From an uncultured Gammaproteobacteria bacterium (GTDB lineage: Bacteria; Patescibacteriota; Microgenomatia; Daviesbacterales; UBA10151), in the NCBI GenBank assembly GCA_964522265.1, contig CAZFVS010000020.1, positions 1,965 through 13,417 of the forward strand: a stretch of DNA of 11,453 nucleotides, read 5' to 3'. Every line of letters starts with the position of its first letter. Within the stretch, counting starts at the first letter, position 1. The notes beneath the pieces were generated by a model. The model saw only the letters and a program-made list of their open reading frames with translations, was not told the DNA's origin and did no database searches. Positions 7,679 through 11,453 of the stretch are shown here, one piece after another. Position numbers and translations under genes: made by a program.

Positions 7679-9526
7679 ATGACAGAAATTATATACGGAC
7701 AATACAAAAAAATAATTATTTTCCTCGCAGTGGTTGTTTATTTAGTGTTTGGAGCGAAGGGTGTTTTTGCTCAAACCCAATCCGCCAGTGATTCTGCAGA
7801 ATCTGCTCAAAAGTATGGGGTTACATTTCCGGTTGTAGAACTGGGTAGCTGTAAAGATATCTCATCATGCAGAAGCTTTTGTGAGGATCCCGTAAACTAT
7901 ACGACCTGTATTGATTTTGCCAAAAAGAAAGGTTTTTATAAAGAAGAGCAGGAAAATGTCAAAAAAGATGAGATTTTAGCCAAGGCAAAACAGACCTTTG
8001 GGTGTAATTCCTTTGAAAGCTGTAAAACTTATTGTGATAAGCCTGAGCATGTGGACGAATGTGATTCGTTTGCCAAGAAGAATAATCTTACTGGAGGCCA
8101 AGTCAGGTCAACAGAAGAAAGAAAGATCCTCGAAAAAGCAAAGGAGGCTTTAGGGTGTACCTCACCTCAGGACTGTATGACATTTTGCGGATTGGAGGCA
8201 AATAAACAAAAATGCTCAGAGTTTGCAAGAGAGGTCGGTTTACGCGGAGGCCAGCAGCAGGTTGGTCCGGGTGGATGCAGCTCAGAAAGCACCTGTAAGG
8301 CCTTTTGCAGCGATCCTGCAAACTACAATATTTGTTCGTCATATTCAAAATCAGTTGGGGTGGAATCCTTCAGTGGTCCGGGTGGGTGTAATAGTACAGA
8401 ATCCTGTGCAACATACTGCAAGCAAAACCCGGAAAAATGCCAATCTTTATCACAAAATCGTGAAGGCGGCAGCAACTACTCTCCTCAGGAATACTGTGCC
8501 AGAACACCCAATTGTGCATGGAATAATAATACCTGCGTATGCGGTTCTTATGGTGGGAATGTTTATACACAAGCCTGTCCCGCTAACTATTACTACGGGC
8601 CGGGAGGTGTATGCACTCCCTTAGACAAAAGCCAGGATGCCTGGCGGTGTTCGGAGAGGGGTAGGTATTGGGATGGTGGATCCTGCCGTGATTCATCGCC
8701 GGAGGGCACGACAGGCAATTATAATCCCCAGGATATGTGCAACAAAACAACTAATTGTAAATGGGCAAACAATTCATGTGCATGTGCTTTTAACGGAGAG
8801 ATTAAAACATACACCCCAGGGTTACAGGATGGTTATTATGGAAGCAGGGAAAGTCAGGAGTCAACATGCAGATCTGGTGGAGGAACCTGTGATTGGAGTT
8901 CAGGCCATTGTTACTGCAAAGGTTACCAAAGCCCAAGTAATACAACTACTGGTACGAGTCCTTACCCAGGTACATCCTCCTACCCGTCTTCGTCTGGTTA
9001 TTATGGAAGCAGGGAAAGTCAGGAGTCAACATGCAGGTCCGGAGGTGGAACGTGCGATTGGAGCCCGGGTTACTGCAGATGCGCCGGATATAATTCTTCA
9101 GGGACAACAAGCGGAGGAAGCAATGCTTCACCTTACCCGGTTGCCTCATACAGCAGCGATCCTGCAACAGGTTGTAGGCAAGCAGGAGGTACATGGAATG
9201 GATCTTACTGTCAAATGCCTACTACCTCCTCAACCTCAACTTCCACGACTACTTCTACAATGAGTCGTGACCAGCAGCAGGCGGGTTGTACATCATGCGG
9301 TGGGAGTTGCAACTGGAATGGTGATTATTGCCAGTGCCAGTGTAGTACATCGGGTTCATCAGGCGGATCTACCCCCGCTCCCACGTCTTCATCATCTACC
9401 CCTGCCCCGGATCAGTCAACTCCTGCTCCGCAGCAGTCGACTCCAGCTCCCAGTGTTCAGGGAGTATCTGTATCATCTGAGCCCAATTTTCTTCAAATAA
9501 TATGGGATTTCTTCTTTCATAGGTAA
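7679..9526 (+). CDS. Large secreted cysteine-rich modular repeat protein, unknown function
   Basis: Signal peptide KKIIIFLAVVVYLVFGAKGVFA|QT. Five modules show C-x5-C-x3-C-x8(6)-C, most followed by FAKK/FAR (aa 57-254). Five modules carry a C-x-W-x4-C-x-C core (NCAWNNNTCVC, NCKWANNSCAC, TCDWSSGHCYC, TCDWSPGYCRC, SCNWNGDYCQC). Then comes an S/T-rich linker, four STPAP repeats and a short hydrophobic end, FLQIIWDFFFHR. I count about 48 Cys in 615 aa. Confidence 0.8.
   Translation: MTEIIYGQYKKIIIFLAVVVYLVFGAKGVFAQTQSASDSAESAQKYGVTFPVVELGSCKDISSCRSFCEDPVNYTTCIDFAKKKGFYKEEQENVKKDEILAKAKQTFGCNSFESCKTYCDKPEHVDECDSFAKKNNLTGGQVRSTEERKILEKAKEALGCTSPQDCMTFCGLEANKQKCSEFAREVGLRGGQQQVGPGGCSSESTCKAFCSDPANYNICSSYSKSVGVESFSGPGGCNSTESCATYCKQNPEKCQSLSQNREGGSNYSPQEYCARTPNCAWNNNTCVCGSYGGNVYTQACPANYYYGPGGVCTPLDKSQDAWRCSERGRYWDGGSCRDSSPEGTTGNYNPQDMCNKTTNCKWANNSCACAFNGEIKTYTPGLQDGYYGSRESQESTCRSGGGTCDWSSGHCYCKGYQSPSNTTTGTSPYPGTSSYPSSSGYYGSRESQESTCRSGGGTCDWSPGYCRCAGYNSSGTTSGGSNASPYPVASYSSDPATGCRQAGGTWNGSYCQMPTTSSTSTSTTTSTMSRDQQQAGCTSCGGSCNWNGDYCQCQCSTSGSSGGSTPAPTSSSSTPAPDQSTPAPQQSTPAPSVQGVSVSSEPNFLQIIWDFFFHR
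8831..9063 (+). repeat. Intragenic direct repeat, 165-nt period, inside the Cys-rich gene
   Basis: 8831-8898 and 8996-9063 both begin GGTTATTATGGAAGCAGGGAAAGTCAGGAGTCAACATGCAG, with 41 nt identical. They then differ mainly at synonymous positions. Both encode GYYGSRESQESTCRSGGGTCDWS. Confidence 0.85.
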
Positions 9527-9538
9527 ATTCCCTGTTAT

Positions 9539-10216
9539 ATGAGTTATCAGTACTGGTTTGGTGTTCGGGTTGAGAGCTCTAGATTAAAATTCCTGCCCTA
9601 TCATGTAATGCGGATACTGGCCTGCATATATTTTGCAGTAAGAAACGCCAAAATTCAGGGAGATGGTATTCCCAAGAAAGGTCCAGTCCTGCTTGCCGCT
9701 GCCCCGCACACTTATTGGGCAGATCCGATAATTCTTGATTGGGTCATAGAAAGATTAAGCCTTCGGACAATGCGTATAATCGCAGCAGCAGACCTTCTTG
9801 AGATGATTAAACCGGTTGCGCGTAGCGTTCTGATACGAAAGTTGGTAATAAGATCTATTATCGGTGCATTTGACCCTATCCTGGTACACAGAAAGACCGG
9901 TGATATAAATTTTAGGGAGGAGCTAGATAAAGCTGTATTAGGAGGTTGTCTGGTTGGGTTATTTGTTGAAGAAAGCGATAAATATAATGATCTGTCAAAA
10001 ATAAGATCTGGTGCTGCCAGTATTGCTATGAAATACCCAAACCTGAACATTTGCCCGGTAGGCATATTTCATGCAAATCCGGCATTAGGCTTTCGGAGTT
10101 TAAAGATACGCATAGGAAAATCCTTTACAGTAAACCAGCTCAGAAGTATAAATCCAAAAATCACCAAACAGGAGATTACACAACATCTGGCAGATAATCT
10201 AGTAGAGTTAATATGA
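9539..10216 (+). CDS. PlsC-family (lysophospholipid/glycerolipid) acyltransferase-like protein
   Basis: The layout is GPVLLAAAPHTYWADPIIL (H-x4-D catalytic motif) ... LVGLFVEESD (degenerate FPEG block) ... SGAASIA ... ICPVGI, as in LPLAT/PlsC acyltransferases. It lies 12 nt downstream of the Cys-rich gene. Confidence 0.6.
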   Translation: MSYQYWFGVRVESSRLKFLPYHVMRILACIYFAVRNAKIQGDGIPKKGPVLLAAAPHTYWADPIILDWVIERLSLRTMRIIAAADLLEMIKPVARSVLIRKLVIRSIIGAFDPILVHRKTGDINFREELDKAVLGGCLVGLFVEESDKYNDLSKIRSGAASIAMKYPNLNICPVGIFHANPALGFRSLKIRIGKSFTVNQLRSINPKITKQEITQHLADNLVELI

Positions 10217-10310
10217 AAGGGTTAAAAGTCCACCTGGTAAACGTTAGTCGAACCTTAATACCAAATTTATCATTTGAGGAAATCCAAATTTATAGAAACT
10301 TAAACACTTC

Positions 10311-10371
10311 TTACACAAATTTAATTTGATTGTGGTAGAATCTTGACACGACATTACAAAGTCGGATATAA
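10311..10371 (+). promoter_or_regulatory. Two tandem sigma70-like promoter candidates upstream of hicB
   Basis: First: TTACAC (10311-10316), 18 nt, then TGgTAGAAT (extended -10, hexamer 10335-10340). Second: TTGACA (10342-10347), 17-18 nt, then ATATAA/TATAAA (10365-10371), with a small inverted repeat CGAC..GTCG in the spacer. AAGGAG Shine-Dalgarno at 10375-10380. Confidence 0.4.
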
Positions 10372-10390
10372 ATAAAAGGAGCAGTCATTA

Positions 10391-10747
10391 ATGGATTTAA
10401 AATCACTTCTCGATAAATATAAACTGCCAGAAACAGTACAGGTTGAAATTTCTCGAAATGAAAAGGGTAGTTTTTTTGCAAAATTAGTGGATTATCCTGG
10501 CTGTTTTACTGTTGCGGATAGTCCGCTTGAGTTAATTCAAAATGTTACTGATGCTATCCTTACCTACTTTGAGGTATCAAGAGATGATGCATTGAAATGT
10601 AATGTTTTGTACGGTCCTCCAATGCCTGATTTTTCAGAGTTTGAAAGGATGATTGTCCATAGAAGAGGACCTTCATTAACAAACCAAATAGAATTTTTAT
10701 ATTATATGGCTCCCCACCACTATGGCGGTTTTACCCGTGTTCGGTAG
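10391..10747 (+). CDS. hicB: HicB-like antitoxin (N-terminal HicB fold, atypical C-terminal region)
   Basis: GSFFAKLVDYPGCFTVADSPLELIQNVTDAILTYFEV matches the HicB/UPF0150 core (..a.vpdlPGc.sqGdT.eEa..n..eAi.l.le). It sits immediately upstream of, and overlaps, a HicA-like gene. I see no recognisable RHH or HTH in the last ~45 aa. Confidence 0.65.
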   Translation: MDLKSLLDKYKLPETVQVEISRNEKGSFFAKLVDYPGCFTVADSPLELIQNVTDAILTYFEVSRDDALKCNVLYGPPMPDFSEFERMIVHRRGPSLTNQIEFLYYMAPHHYGGFTRVR

Positions 10748-11018
10748 AGTTAAATTTGAAAGAGCCTTAAAAACCCTCGGTTTTGAAATCTTATATGATA
10801 GAGGTAAGGGTGGACATGCCTTGGCGAAACACCCTATTAGGAAACCAGACCCAAACCAACAAATAGCTAATATAACTATCCCTCATACGAAATCAAAAAA
10901 TTATGACGACCCAAGGTTAAGAAAGGAAATACTAACAGTTGTAAAAAGTTATGGTTTTTCCGAAGAAGAATTTCTCCTTGCATTAAAAGGTAAGACATTA
11001 AAGAGTAGTTCCCCCTAG
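10722..11018 (+). CDS. hicA: HicA-family toxin
   Basis: FERALKTLGFEILYDRGKGGHALAKHP ... ITIPHTK ... RLRKEILTVVKSYGFSEEEFLLALKGK fits the HicA/YcfA pattern, including the G-x-H catalytic histidine. An insert (IRKPDPNQQIAN) is present. Confidence 0.7.
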   Translation: MAVLPVFGRVKFERALKTLGFEILYDRGKGGHALAKHPIRKPDPNQQIANITIPHTKSKNYDDPRLRKEILTVVKSYGFSEEEFLLALKGKTLKSSSP

Positions 11019-11033
11019 CCTGATCCCACGATA

Positions 11034-11063
11034 TTGACTTTAAGTATTACGAAATGTTATAAA
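11034..11063 (+). promoter_or_regulatory. Promoter candidate giving a leaderless transcript of the 120-aa ORF
   Basis: TTGACT (11034-11039), an 18-nt spacer, then TGtTATAAA (hexamer 11058-11063). The ATG at 11072 is 8 nt downstream with no Shine-Dalgarno. Confidence 0.4.
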
Positions 11064-11071
11064 CTTTCCGT

Positions 11072-11434
11072 ATGTCAGAATTTGTACCCGTATCACTTGA
11101 TTCAGAGCGGAAAGCTCAGCTGAAAAGATATAAGACTGCCATTCAGAATGATAGAAGAGAATTCGGTGATGAATATTTTGCAAGATATTTAGGTCAATCA
11201 ATAGCTGCCCGTTTAGAGAATTTTCCTCAGGCGCATTATCCCAGACAAGCTCTTTTGGAGCATAAATTATTCCAATATGATTTAAAATTATTAAATGAGA
11301 TTTTGGAAAATCCATCATTACATAAACCATATCTGGAAGCACAGCTCTACTACTTTAGAAAAAGGGGGTTTATCAAGGATTCTCCTATGAGATATGCACT
11401 AGTGAAAGCCTCTGAGACCCCCGCCCTCTTTTAG
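11072..11434 (+). CDS. Hypothetical protein, predicted helical, no recognisable family
   Basis: A 120-aa ORF with protein-like composition (MSEFVPVSLDSERKAQLKRYKTAIQNDRREFGDEYFARYLG...) and a well-placed promoter. The antisense ORF 11040-11342 reads less protein-like. Confidence 0.45.
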   Translation: MSEFVPVSLDSERKAQLKRYKTAIQNDRREFGDEYFARYLGQSIAARLENFPQAHYPRQALLEHKLFQYDLKLLNEILENPSLHKPYLEAQLYYFRKRGFIKDSPMRYALVKASETPALF

Positions 11435-11441
11435 GGCGGGG
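11419..11441. repeat. GC-rich 9-bp-stem hairpin at the window edge
   Basis: CCCCGCCCT (11419-11427) pairs with AGGGCGGGG (11433-11441) around the loop CTTTT. The TAG stop of the 120-aa ORF lies across the loop and stem. No T-tract follows on either strand. Confidence 0.6.
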
Positions 11442-11453
11442 ATGAAAGAGGCA

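Noticed and set aside
8223-9500. Long + strand ORFs in alternative frames (8223-8624, 8637-9263, 9267-9500) overlapping the Cys-rich gene.
   Set aside because: They are shadow ORFs. Their translations are Arg/Val/His-rich with no motif structure, whereas the 7679-9526 frame has a signal peptide and exactly spaced Cys modules.
9712-10065. Minus-strand 117-aa ORF inside the acyltransferase gene.
   Set aside because: The + frame carries the HX4D acyltransferase motif. The antisense translation has no recognisable features.
11040-11342. Minus-strand 100-aa ORF overlapping the 120-aa + strand ORF.
   Set aside because: It has no promoter or Shine-Dalgarno context, and its sequence is rich in hydrophobic, His and Ile residues and less protein-like. 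The + strand ORF has a good promoter. This is not fully excluded.
11419-11453. Calling a CRISPR array, or a tRNA or other RNA gene 5' end, from GGGCGGGGATGAAAGAGGCA.
   Set aside because: Only one copy of the hairpin is visible, so periodicity cannot be shown. The sequence lacks tRNA hallmarks (U8, the D-loop GG spacing). It is kept only as a low-interest finding to check downstream.

Overview
This window is mainly an F1Fo ATP synthase operon on the + strand: atpB 3' end, then atpE, atpF, atpH, atpA, atpG, atpD and atpC. The DNA is moderately AT-rich and the proteins are compact and divergent. The source organism cannot be named from sequence alone, though an uncultivated small-genome bacterium is plausible. 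The operon is remodelled in several ways. (1) atpD stops right after ...EAFTGR and lacks roughly the last 45 residues of a normal beta subunit. (2) About 1.9 kb of unrelated DNA sits between atpD and atpC. It holds a 5'-truncated hicB-like remnant, an orphan hicA-like toxin gene, and a convergent minus-strand block (beta-carbonic-anhydrase-like protein, HD-domain hydrolase, lipoprotein). (3) atpC now appears to have its own TATAAT box 7 nt before its ATG. (4) atpA carries an in-frame, perfectly palindromic 49-nt insert. (5) An ~82-nt palindromic element lies between atpE and atpF. (6) A 22-codon upstream ORF that mimics the atpD N-terminus sits in the atpG-atpD spacer. Downstream of atpC is a tightly packed three-gene unit. 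It encodes a small membrane-anchored protein with a YxNPF-repeat tail, a 615-aa secreted protein with about 48 cysteines built from two repeated Cys-module types, and a PlsC-like acyltransferase. I regard this unit as the best candidate for an undescribed system. The window ends with a hicB-hicA pair in antitoxin-first order, an unknown 120-aa ORF with a leaderless-type promoter, and a GC-rich hairpin at the window edge. All calls rest on reading the translations and sequence by eye. No database searches were run.
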